64,000 bases of DNA from the NCBI GenBank assembly GCA_051453625.1, contig JBOZIK010000001.1:29100168-29164167 (forward strand). Direction: 5' to 3'. Position numbers and translations under genes: made by a program. This DNA comes from Welwitschia mirabilis (lineage: Eukaryota). Below are positions 40,441 through 53,367 of this stretch, in pieces. The first letter of the stretch is position 1. Each line of letters begins with the position of its first letter. The notes beneath the pieces are model-generated. The model ran no database searches. It had not been told where the DNA came from and saw only the letters and a program-made list of their open reading frames with translations.

Positions 40441-40720
40441 GTTTTTCACCTTATAGACTCATATATGATAAGGTTTGTATCTTGCCAGTTAATGTTTGCT
40501 ATAACTCCTATCAATACACCCATCAACTTAAGCTTGTCAACTTGGATAAAAATATCAAAACTTGATTAGCCTAACTTGACCATTTAGATGAAAAGTGTAC
40601 TTGTATCATGCATCATCATAATCATTACCTATTTGAATGGTACTTTATGAAATTTTACATAATGTCATGAATTTTTCATTAGATGATTTTATGATTATTA
40701 CAAAGGGAATTTGTTAGGTT
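40441..40720 (+). pseudogene. Integrase C-terminal fragment
   Basis: FSPYRLIYDKVCILPVNVCYNSYQYTHQLKL is homologous to GFSPYELIYEKTCMLPVDVCYNSYKNVHQLNL at ~4797-4892. Confidence 0.8.
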
Positions 40721-41923
40721 AGAATTTAGTGTAAGTAAACAATCTTCTTTCTATTCCTAATTGTCCATTTTCATTTTTATTTTCTTTATTTATTTAGTTG
40801 ATTTTTTCAAAGTTGTTCCCATACTTTTTCAAAATAATATTGTTGATCTGCTCATTTGGTAATTTCTTGTTAATTTTACTCATAGCTTATATCCATGAGA
40901 GTTGTTATTTCTCTTTTTAATAAGTGACAATGATACTTTCTAAGTTTTAATTCTTACATTTCTAGGCTTATTGAGTTCAAGCATATTTGATGAGTTCTTT
41001 TGAGCATCACTTCTTTCTACTTAGTGCATTTTCTTCTCTTTAGCACCCTTGTTCCATAGATCTCTTTTTACCATGGTCATGTTTGTTATGATAATTCTTC
41101 ACTCTATACTTCTTTATGCTTTTCTATTGCCTTTTGATTTCTTGCTTGCTTTGATACTTTTTCTATTTTTTCCCCCTCTATTATTTCAAACATCTCATTT
41201 AATCATTGTGACCCTAGGTCTATTGTTCCCATGACATCTAGGATCACAAACATCCTTTTTACCTTATGCAATTTGGAACATCTTGCTTCACTTATGGTGG
41301 GGGATAGGACACCTTTCTAAGCATTCTTCTGAGATATTGAGTAAAAAATTTAAATTTAAAAGAAACCTAACTAATATTTCATTATACATATTTTTGATGA
41401 GTTGTTTGGATATGTTTTCATATTATTTAAATAGATTTCATAAACTTTATCTAGCAGAAGCATAGTAGCACACTCACAGAGTTTTTCTGCAAGTATGTTT
41501 TAGATCATCTAAAGGAAAAAAATGCTATGTTTATTCTTATACTTTTTCCTTTGTAGAATACATTAATGAACTTAAATTCAACATTATTTTAGATATCACT
41601 ACTTAAAGTTTTACCCATGAGTTTCAACATTATTATCTTGAAGTATGCATACACATTATTATTTTTTGTGGTATCATTATTACATTTTATGATCTTTTAC
41701 ATGTTCATGACATTCATTCATTTCACTATGATGTGTTTAAGTAGGGATCTTATGAATACATCAGTATTTGTATTAGTTAATTGGTTTTTAATGTCTATTT
41801 CTACACTATAAAAATTAAGCTTAATTTACATTTTTATATTTGTTAGTTATCTCAGTTAAATTGGCTTGCAATATAGTTAATCACTCACTTTATTAGGGAA
41901 TAACAAAACTAAGTATGGGGCTA

Positions 41924-43175
41924 TGTTGCAATGCAAATTTATAGGAATTTGATGGTATATTTTAAGTACTTTTGTAGAACATTTATATAGGTTTGGATTA
42001 AATTCTAATGATTATAGAGAATTGGCAATATCATCACTAAAACATGTGATTCCTAGCATTTTTGGAAGCATGTCAGGCTTTTTTTGATACTTCGTACTTT
42101 AGAGGAAGGATTTACCATGTAGAATACTTACTTAGCCTAAAGGTATAAGATGAAGAAGCCTATTGTCCCCTCTATCATTTCCATGATAGTTAGGATGATA
42201 GCACTACTAATATGGATGGAGTCTGTGGAGTTGCTTATAAGGCCTAAAGCTAATGAACCACCTTTTGACATGGAGTGACATCTCCATTATCATCCTCATG
42301 ATAGTCAGGATGATAACTATTTTCTATGATAAAAAGAATTATCTTTGTAATGAGATCATATAACCCATATTGACTACTAGGATTTCTTCTCTGACTTCTA
42401 GGGTTAAGCGTTTTGAACTTCAATGTAAAACTATAAATACCCTCTCTTTTCTTTACTTCCTTTTTCATATTTTGTACCTGATGTTCTTGTGAAATATGAT
42501 TGAAGGATAAGAGATCCATCTAGTAGCTAATTCAAAAATTTGTCTTGGTGTTAGGCTAAGTATCCTCTATTGAGGTGCTACTACTTTATTATAAGTGGAT
42601 CTAAAAGTTCATAATTAATTTAATTACTCTTATCACTACAATTGTGTTAATGTCCCTTATGGTTTAAGTTGATTATAGCTTAGTGATAATTCTATAGTTT
42701 ATTTAGATCATCAGAGTAACCTTGGTTAAGTTTGACTTGATTAGTTTACATTTGCATTACTATTTCATTCCAATGCCATATTGCATTATCAATATTCTAT
42801 TAGATAAGTTTATAGTTTATGTTATCTAAGTATAAGTAATAGAACTCTTTCTAGTTAATTTAAGTTATAAATAAGTAGTTCTTATCATAGGAGGATTAGA
42901 GTCCAAATAGAAATCATCTCATTGCATTCCATCCATTACATTTTTACCATCATTCGTTTTGAATTGCATTTATATTCTTGTTTACTTCTATTCACTAAAA
43001 TAGAAAATATTAAAAATACTTATGAAATCAATTCTCTAACTTCTAGCCTATTGTCTTTAATAGATTATGACATTTAGGTTAACTTCTATCTATACTAGTG
43101 TGTGTTTTTTACAAGTATTTTGATTTATAGGTTTTTTCTAAGGACTTAAAGATTGTACAAATTCACATTGCAACA
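41924..43175 (+). repeat. 3' LTR, family B
   Basis: Perfect 10-bp inverted termini TGTTGCAATG...CATTGCAACA; preceded by the PPT aagtatgggg; homologous to the solo LTR at 21844-23109. Confidence 0.9.
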
Positions 43176-43719
43176 TAAACTGAAACTTTTAAGGTAGTAA
43201 TTTTATAGGTAATATTTCTTACATACTTTTAAATGATAAATGTCATGAAATATAAATGTTTTTAATATTTTTTTAAACCTAAATCTACCCTATGAGAAAA
43301 GTATACTCTTTAAAAAAAAAGACTAATATAAAAGCATGCAATAAAAATAGAAATTTTAAAAGTGATTTCCTGAGGTAATGCATGTGTAACATCTCAAGAT
43401 AATAATTAATGCAAAACTTAGATGATGGATTAAGTTTATACAAGGAATTTTGAGTTAAAAAATAATCCATGTAAATTTGTATACATGATTCCATAAAATT
43501 TTAAAGAACATCAATAAAAAAAGTAAAAGTTATGCATTGAAAATTAGAAATCATTTATTCTTTAGACTATTTTTACTTATTTAATAACTCATGTAAGATA
43601 TTATTTTAAAATAAAGATAAACTGGAGAACTTGAAAATGTAAATGTTTATTAATATAATTATAAAAATTATTTTAATGCTAAATAAGTTCTCTCTTTTTT
43701 TATTGAGGCTTGNNNNNNN

Positions 43720-46700
43720 NNNACTCAGAAGAGGAATATCAAAGTTTTATAGTTAGCTTAAGAAGTTGTTGAGAAATTGGATCCTCTTAGGATGGATTCT
43801 GCATAGGCTCTTTGCTAATGTTTTTTGTACTCATTAAGGTTGTTTAAAGATTCTTCCTTATTTAATTGCACAAGTGATAATGATTATGATTTAAAGAAGG
43901 ATTCTTCCAGTATTATCATTCTTATTGATGTTGCTTATTAGATCATCCTCTATTGTATAAATCTCAAGAGTGTTTCCTTTTTTAAATAGTTGCTCATTCT
44001 CTACTAATTGCTTGCCTTCTAATGTATCTAATCCCAGCTTAAGGTTTAGCCTACTTTTACATAATCATTTACTCTCTAAGGAATTTTTAAACATAAGGTC
44101 CTCGTAGCTTTCTCATAGGTCTCTTTATGGATTTATTTATAGGTTCCTTTCTCACTCCTAAGAGATATGTCTTGGGTATCATTAATTTTATTGTTATTAA
44201 TCCTTTTAAATTTTTTAAGACTCATATTTTTATAGAATATGAAAAGGCCATCCTATTTTTATTGGTTAAGAATCTCGATAATTTGATCATTATTTTGGGA
44301 ATTTCTCAATATTTTACTTGGTTTTATTAGTGGTTTATCTCAAAGAATGTGAAGGGGACTAAGGAATGTTAGAAGTGATTTGGATAGCACCTTCTAAGAA
44401 TCTCTATATAGTATCTTCTAAGAAAGGTAAGGAGGTTTATAAAATGTAGAAAGATGAAGGGTATTGATCAAGCTATGAAGAATATAAAAAAGAAGATAAA
44501 GGGTAAGGATCATAAGAGGCAATGAAATGTATGAAATCAAATTCTTTTTATTTAACATAGGGATTTTTAGACTCATGATTATAAAGAAATTGATTTAAAA
44601 ATGAAGGGGATTCTAAGCTTTGAATATACTCTCTAAATATTTATCTACTATTAGAAGGTTTTTAGGTTTTTAAATGGTATGTTGTTGAAGATAGTTTCCT
44701 AAAGTCTTTAACTAAATTTAAGCTTTTAAAGTTTTATTTTAAACATAATTAGATATGTCATAGTTTTCATAGAAAATTTTAGAAAATAGATTATGAAATT
44801 AAATACAAGCTCATGTTTTTCTATTCTTTTAAGATTTTAGAGGAGATCTAATGTTAAAAATGCTATGAAGAGGTGAGGTGATATTTTAACATAATTTTAG
44901 TAACCTTCTACATAAGAAAACTAGTAGAGATTGTCAGAAAATATGTAACATTGGTTGTTTAGGAAGGGATACTTTAGAAAAGTGTAGAGAATATGTTTTG
45001 ATCTATACAAAGTTGTTGGATTATAGGATCTTATAAAATATAAATAAAAAATAGAATCAAATACAACTTGAAAAATACAACTGATAATAACAAACTCTAA
45101 ATTTTTTAGATTTTAATAGTATAAATATAAATAAAATATATCTAAAAATTATAAAAAAAGAAAATTTACAAAAAATAATGGGAAACAAATAATAAAAAAA
45201 ATCAAAGTTTAGTTTTTATTTTTTAATCTCAATTTTAGTTACATCATGCAAGAAATTCATTAGACCTATAACCAAAATATTAAATGTACAAATAAAAATA
45301 AAAGTTGGATCATAAAACTAAAATAAACAATTTGGACTATTTTAGGTTTCATTGAAAAGGGACTAGTACCTACCATTTGTGGGAAAAAAACACACAAAAG
45401 AAGAGAAAAAGAACTAATCAGGTATCACTAGAAAAAGGACTAATCCCCATCATTGAAAAATAAAATTTAATTAAAATTAAAATAAAAAACTAGAGTTAGA
45501 TTACAAACTAAATAAAAAATTTAGACTATTTTAGCTTTCATTAAAAGGGGACTAGTACCTACCATTGAAAAAAAGAAATAAACACACAAAAGAAAAATAA
45601 AAAGAGCAATTCAAGTATCAGTAGAAAAATGACTAGTACCCATCATTAAAAAAATATAAACTAATTGAACTTAAGAAAATAAAGATCATGCCCTCTTGAA
45701 AAGCTATAGTTTAATATCCATAGCGAAAACACCAAAATATTGTTTTTGTAAGTATAATGACTTGGATTTAAACTAGCTAAGAGTTTAGTATCATCCTTTC
45801 ATAACTACATATATATTGTAATGCAATAAAAATAACATAATTAATTCAAACTTATAATGGAAATTAAACAAAATACAAAGTTATATTTGAGATTTTAATG
45901 ATTCTTATTAAGGTGATAATAAAATGAATCTACTTCAAAGGTCTATAGTGTTGATCCAATTATCTGCCTTTACTTAAATGACTCTTGTATTCCTAAAACA
46001 TAAATGAAAATTATTAAGTTATTAAGGCTTAGATGTAAAGGAATAATCTCATCCATCACATGAGTTTTAGTGAGTTGCTTAATCCTATTAATCTTAGAAC
46101 CCTTCAAAATCATGGAAAGTATGAATAATTGTGCACAAGATCCATTAAATGATAGTCATCAAAAATCACAAAAGTAACCTCAAGAAACTCACTTATTAAT
46201 GAAACAATTTGATAATTAAGTAATATCACATAAGCATTAATAATATTAAATAAATATTTATTAATAATAAAAGAATGAATAAATACTTAACAAAATAAGA
46301 ATTAGCCTCACTTAAAGAGTACTAATACCAATTTACTATGGATTAACAATGAAAGAATGAAAATCTAATCTTGTATTAAAAGTTAAAATGTACAGTACAT
46401 TAATGAAAATAGATAAAGTAAGTGAACTCCTCAATTAGTCTTAGAACAAATCCACCCCTAAGAAAGGTGATTAGAATTCCATGATATCCTAGTGATCCAA
46501 GGCTTTTCACCATGTTTTTTCAACCAAAATATTCATCTTAATTAAGGATTAAGACCCTTTTATAAACGAAACAAGTTCTATAGAGATTTTTCATGATGTG
46601 ATTAGTGGTCAGATTTTAGCATATAGCCTTAAAGGAGTATTATTTATCTTCTAATGTCAAAAATGTAATGATGTGTTCTTTAAATAATGGTGTAGAAACC

Positions 46701-47172
46701 AATAGATGTCATGTGTCTTTTACATAGTCTTCCTTGTTGCTAGCACATGTTACTATGATATGTTATCTTACATTTTAGCCATGTGTCATCAAGATTTTAG
46801 ATTTCTTCTACATCAACATCTAACTTATTCCACAAGTGTAATTTGATGAACTTCCAAAAAGGATCTAAGAACACTAGTTTTAAGGGAATCTATCATAAAA
46901 TACCATCGACTCTAATGGTAGTGGATAATAGTACTAGCATTATTTGCTAGAATGTCTTCAGTTTGTGCAATGTACTTCTAAAGATAGAAATAAACCTTCT
47001 TATTTTATGGAAAATTTCATATTTATATGAAATATAATGAAAATGGTAAAATACATCATTTTATGATAAAGTGATGAGTTTAATGTCTTTCCCTATGCAA
47101 ACTTCATTAACTATACTTTATTGAAATATCAATTCTTATATTTAAACAAAACCCTTATTGTTACTAACGACA
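43720..47172 (-). mobile_element. Truncated non-autonomous Athila-related element (5' LTR ~45741-47172, PBS, leader, decayed ORF)
   Basis: Minus-strand PBS-like ttggtgttttcgctatgga (~45717-45735); leader repeats GGTAGGTACTAGTCC; 44000-44170 (minus) is homologous to ~54760-54910. Confidence 0.65.
45315..45680. repeat. ~190-bp diverged tandem duplication in the element leader
   Basis: aaactaaa..aatt(t)gactattttag.tttcatt.aaa.gggactagtacctaccatt occurs at ~45315 and ~45505. Confidence 0.85.
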
Positions 47173-50019
47173 TAATCAGTAAGAGAAAAATAAGCCTTTT
47201 AAATATGGCATTAAAAGTGAATATTGTAAAATAAAATTTATTCCATTTTAAATTAACAAAAATTATAGCAATGATTATGGTGAATTAGTCTTTGGTCATT
47301 TGTCTTTGATTACTTTTCTTTCTTTTATGTCCATATAAGATCACAACTCATAATATCATTTCCAAAGAAATGTCTTAGAGATTTATAACATAATCTCTCT
47401 AACCAACTTAGTTCATTATGTAATTATGTTTTGTTTAGTAATAAAGTAAGAATATATTTAGATATAAAGGTATTGAATCATTTAAAAAATATTCTTGTAA
47501 TTCTACTTTAAAGACTTATTTAAAGCTACTACCACCTAATTTATGGTTTTAAATGAATAATGTTAGTAGTGACAATAAAATTAGGTTCATATATTTTTAT
47601 ATCTTCTTATTAAATGAAACAGGTATTTTTGATAACATATCTTTATCATTTATTAATTAGTTATGTATAAATTAATATAGTAAGTATTTTTAACATATTA
47701 TTAGTAGAAATAAGAGTTAATGATGTTACTCTATTATTAAATCTAATATATATGTATAAAATACTTTATTCTAACCTTAATTTTATACCTTATTTTTTGA
47801 TGATTTATTTGATTTCAGAAAATACATAAAAAATATTTTTTCTTGAAAATGAAATAATTACAATACACTTATATACTACATTATATGTTTTCCTTCATAA
47901 TCAATGATGTTCTCATCTATAATGAAAAATAGGATCATATGATAAATCATGTTTACAACCTATAAATATCTAGGATACTAGAGATGAAAAATACATTCTT
48001 TTAAATTCCCAACCACTACTTCTTATTTCAATTATTGATACAAAGTTTATTATCAATACTAGATATTATAGTAATCAAGTCTAATATACTAGAAATGAAA
48101 TACTAGAACTTGCATTAAATTTGTAATTTATTGAATTTCTTATGGATTAAATATGATTAAATACATTGATAAAATTTCAAACTGCTAGAACTCGCATTAA
48201 AGTTAAAAATTTTTAACCAATATTTAATAATAGAGGTTTTTTACAAATATTCATTAAATGATATTATTTTTAAATTTTCTAAAAATATGTTTCTGTTAAT
48301 TAAACTCATAACTTCAAATCCATAGGAGTACTTATCTATGATTAGGATATCTCTTCATCAATATGAAATAAGATATTCACTTTTAAAAAGAATATAATAA
48401 AGTTAGATATGTTGGCTCATCTAGAAATAAACCAAAAAAATCATTTAATCCACATTTTTACATATAGGAGGTAATGATGGTAATATCATATCTAAGAGGA
48501 AATATTATTTCATCATGTCAGAAAGTAAATGTACATTAGTATATAATCTATAATAAGTAGTAATGATAATTTAATTATTATAGCATGATTATCACAATGC
48601 ATTGTACTAAAAAGAATCACAAGGAATATAACTTTTAAATCCATCTAGTAATAATGTCAAATTATTTTTTATAAGTTTTGTAATATACATGTAATAATAA
48701 AAATTAAATGGTACGAATATTCACTTATATATCAAAAAAAAGTCTATTTTTTATATGAAGCAAAAATCAGTTGTAGTATGTATATAGAATCTTTTGAAGG
48801 TTTCCTTTTGAATTTTTGTATTTAAAAATTTCATACTTTTATTTAATAAATCTTTCTTAGTATTATTTTATTCTAATTAAAACTTTTATTTTTCCATTGT
48901 TTTCCATATGTAAAACTTCTATAACAAAGCAGATAGATTATGAAGTGTCTGAATGCTTATAATAATCTTATCATATTACAAGATTATAATCATATCATGT
49001 TCCTACTTTGAAGATGAAACATTACAACTTAGATATACATATGCAATAATACTTGTAATTTATTTATAACATAATATTCATGATTTGTTTAATTAATACT
49101 AATTTATTTTTATAATATTAATTTAATTAGAGAAAAATAAAATATAAAGATTAGCTCTAATGGCTATTTAAATAGCGTGAGCTTGTACTAAGTAGTATAT
49201 CATGTGATTTTTCATTGTATGTTATGAAAAGAAATTCTAAATGCAATTTCATATATAGGCATTAGGAAGAATAAATTACTTATCAAGTTTATTTTTGGTG
49301 TTTTAACTATGTTTGCATGGATGTTCTTATCAAAAAGAGCTAAATAAAGAGAATGTAAGATGGCATTGAGGTTTAAAGGATAATTAAAAAGTATATAGTA
49401 ATTTATATCCTTTAACATTATCCATCATCCAACTATAATTTCAATTTTAACATTTTTTTCTTATTGAAAAAATGCTCTAGTGTTTAAAATAAGTGTTTTT
49501 GAATTTGTCCATTTTATGAGTTTTACAAATAGGTGTTCCTCCCTATACAATATGTAGTCTTGATTAATTCTAATTCTTTTTGTTAAAAATTAATCTTAGT
49601 GAAAAGTTTCTTAGAGAGAAGAAGTCATAAAAAATACATTTATTTTTTATAACTTAAATTTTTCATATCTTTTTTTAGTAATTATTCAATTTAAATTACA
49701 TTTCATATATAATTTGGGCAAAAATCATTTTTTTCTTAATGGTGAGATTTTTTAAACTAATAGTTGGAATCATCAAAGGAAGATAAAGGTAATTTGCAAC
49801 TTTCCAAATTTCCTTTGAAATGTTGCATTTGTTGATATTTAGAAATATTTATCTAAGGAATTTCTTATAGATAAATGCTGCTAGTTCTTTTTTTAGCTTT
49901 CTTCACTCGATATCTCTCATTGTCTTTAAGCTTAGAACCCTTGCATCTTTTTTAGTGAAAATGGTTTTAAATTTGATAAGAAGAATTCTTTTATTCCCCT
50001 TATCTCTAGAATTAAAAAA

Positions 50020-51988
50020 ATCTTAAATTAAGTGGTTTACTATTTTAGCTACTTTTACAGATAATGACTTGCATTAATTTGAGTGTCCTAGAATGGAAGA
50101 GAGGTAATGTTGCTCTAAGAGAAGTATTTTAATACTACTGATAAATTGTTCCTACCATTAGAGATTTTATTATTTATTTTCTAATGATATCATTCTAATG
50201 TTTGATTTGAAGCTAGTCTAAAAAAATGATGTACTAAAGTATTTGTTGAAATAACTTCCCTTTAGAATAATTTAGAATTTGGGGGATTTTTTATTTGTAG
50301 AAGAAGGGGTATGAACAATTAAAATTTTTGACTTATTACAATTAATATAAATTCCTATGTCAATAGAAAAATATTTAATAAGGCTTATAATCATTTTTGT
50401 TGTAAAAACATTTAATCTTAGAGAAATAAAAGTATCATCTATAAATTAAAATATTTGGCTAGTTTTAAATACTATAAGAGGTTTCAATAAATCTATTTTA
50501 AATCAAGTGGACTAAATAATCCATAATAATAACCAAAAGTAAATTAAAGGGAGGATTATATTTTCTAATATTCATCAATAGTTGGAACTATCTAAGCATT
50601 TTTCATTGATGATTAAAGAAAGAAATGATCCATTTAAAAGGTTAATTATAGAAATGATATAGATCTTCATAGAAATAGTTTGGCCTCTAGACCACTAAGT
50701 GATGTCAAAAATTTAGTTATGTCTAGTTTAAGGGAAAAAAAATCATTTATTTTTCTTATAATTTACTCAAACTAGCTTATTAGCAAACATAATATAATCA
50801 TGAACTTATTTTCCTTTGAAAAAACCTAATTGGCATGAAGAGGTATATCTAAAATAATGTTGGGTATATTCTTGGACCTAAGTTTTAAAATGATTTTATA
50901 CAAAACATTACAAAAAGTAATTAGTCAATAGTTACTAAGTTGTCTTGTAGTGTATTTTTTTTAGTAAGTAAATAGAGATATGTATCATTTAATGGTTTAT
51001 GAAATTTTCCATTGTCATATATCTCATTTACTAAAGAAACAAAGTCATCTTTGATTATACACAAATAAATCTTGAAGAATTATCTTGAAAATTATCTAGA
51101 CTAGGTGCTTTAATAGTACTTATTCCATATTTCTTTCTCTAAGAAAGTATCTTTCAAGAGGTACTAAAATTTAAGAGATAAATATATACCTATTGGAATT
51201 TTAGTAAAACATAGATGCTATTATTAGAAGACTTCACTAGAAAAAATTTTCACATTTCTTAGCATATTCACTGCTTTGTTCATGGTCCTTTATAAAGATT
51301 TTTAAATTTTAGACACACATTTTAATTTCATTTGTCATTTTATACTCATTGATTACCTAAAAAAGATATGTTCTATTATTTTATTCTTCTTTTGACTATT
51401 AGTTCCTGAAGCATTACTTTTAATATAGTTATTTTTTGAATTATATATTAGGTAATTATACAATAATTTTATTTTTTAAAAGTGATGATCCATTAGAATA
51501 CATGATGTCTTTGAGTATTATCTAAGTGTATTTTCTTTTGTTTATTTGTTCTTTTTGGATGATTTTAAGTCCTAATTTTAAATATTTATGTTAAAATTTA
51601 AAATCATATCTTGGTGATGTAATTTTTTCATTGAAAATATAAGAGGGAGTACCCAAATTTTTGTTTAATACATGATCTAAATTAATTTTAAAATCTTATG
51701 ATAGCTTAATAGATTAATTTAAATCTAAATATTATATTTTTATCAGCAAAGAATACTTTCCTCAAGAAAAAAGATTTATGGTCAAAGTGAAGTTCTACAA
51801 GAGCCTCTAATTTATATTTATTAGATAATCTAAAAACTATTATGCAACTATCTATTCTGGAAAAAAAATGATATTGTCACCTATGTTTAGATTACTCCAA
51901 GTGTAATTTTCATCACAAAGATGTAGGTCTAGAAAATTATGATAACCATTTTAAGAATTATGCAATACTTATGTTGTAGCTTAGATTT
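50020..51988 (+). pseudogene. Possible highly decayed hAT (DUF4371/ZMYM1-like) transposase
   Basis: Weak motifs in the expected order: LASR.H (~50680, cf. LAFRGH), KTLQKVISQ (~50903), KFSIVI (~51002), HIHCFVH (51263-51283, cf. YIHCFAH). No TIRs identified. Confidence 0.4.
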
Positions 51989-53344
51989 TGTTTACATGCC
52001 AAAATTAACATTTTAAGCAAGTCTAATTGATCAACTTAGAATTGAAAAAGATACTTAATTTATTAATTTATCATAAAATGATTTCTTCTATTATTTTAAA
52101 ATAAAATTTAATATTATGTTTTTTTATATGATAATTACAAATCTTTAGCCACATTTTGAAACACATGATGAAAGACGAACATAATTCTGTATGAAACAAT
52201 GGTGGTAATAGAGAAATGAGATGGTGACACATAGTCATAGTATTAGAAGACATGTGACAGAGGTATGAGAAGATGGCAATATGGACATGTGATAATAGCA
52301 CTAGTTAATAGAGGAACCTAACTCCAAAGAACATGTGTTGGACTCATCATGATAAATATTTCACCAAATGTTACATGACAATCTCAACCAAACACTATAA
52401 AATAACCTCCATCAAATGCTAAGTGATAAAGTTTTCACCTCATGCTAGAAGATAGAATCTTATCTACTTAATGCTAAATGATGAAGATTGTACCCAAAAA
52501 TGTAAGAACAAATATTGTAATCCTCCCTTACTTCCATCTCTTCTTATAAATGGTCCTTGAACCCTTTATTGTATTCACCTTTTGGTAGGTAAATGTGAGG
52601 AAGACTTGGAGGATTAGACATTATGGTGCTGTAATACTATTTCTTGGGGGTAGAATGCTCAAGGCTAGTTGAGAAGTTCTTCTTCTACTCCTCCTTTATT
52701 GATCTAATGTATTTCTTTTAGTTTTAATAAAGAGTTGGTTTAAATCCTTTTATTATTAATGCATAATTTCAACTAATACTAGCAATGTTTAGGCATAACT
52801 AGTTCTTAAAGTAGGTTTTATTCTTTTCTTATTAACACATAGTAAAATGGTAATAGTAATCTTTAAATAAACCTTATTTAATTGTAAAGTTATTTTGAAT
52901 GTGTGAGTTGTCTAAAGTTACTTTTATGATTTATAGTATCTATTTTTTAATGGATCGTATGCATTTTAGTTCATATTTTTATAAAAGATTGTGAAGTATC
53001 TAGAGGACTTGATAAGTCATCAAAGCTCAAGTAGTAGATGCGATTATGCAATCACATTAAGCGTTAATAACTTTACTATTTAGTGTATTTTTTAGATATA
53101 GGAATCATTTGAGCAAAGGAGGAGAGTTTGATGTATCACTAGATCCTTAGAGCATTTTTATTTCCTTGCATTACTAATTGAATATCACTTTCCTTCTATT
53201 AATTTCAATTTTTTTTTTGGTTTGAGTTTTTATTATAATATAATATTTTATATATTTTAATTAATTTACCTCCTACTTCCTTGTATAATAATAATACTAA
53301 GTATTTCATTTACTTAAAATCTAAACATTATACTATAATTAAGA
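51989..53344 (+). repeat. 5' LTR, family D
   Basis: Colinear with 57022-58386. Confidence 0.88.
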
Positions 53345-53349
53345 GATTC

Positions 53350-53367
53350 TGATGTCATTGTTGGGGA
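53350..53367 (+). promoter_or_regulatory. Decayed tRNA-Asp-type primer-binding site
   Basis: tgatgtcattgttgggga differs from TGGCGCCGTTGCCGGGGA only by C>T and G>A changes. Confidence 0.8.
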
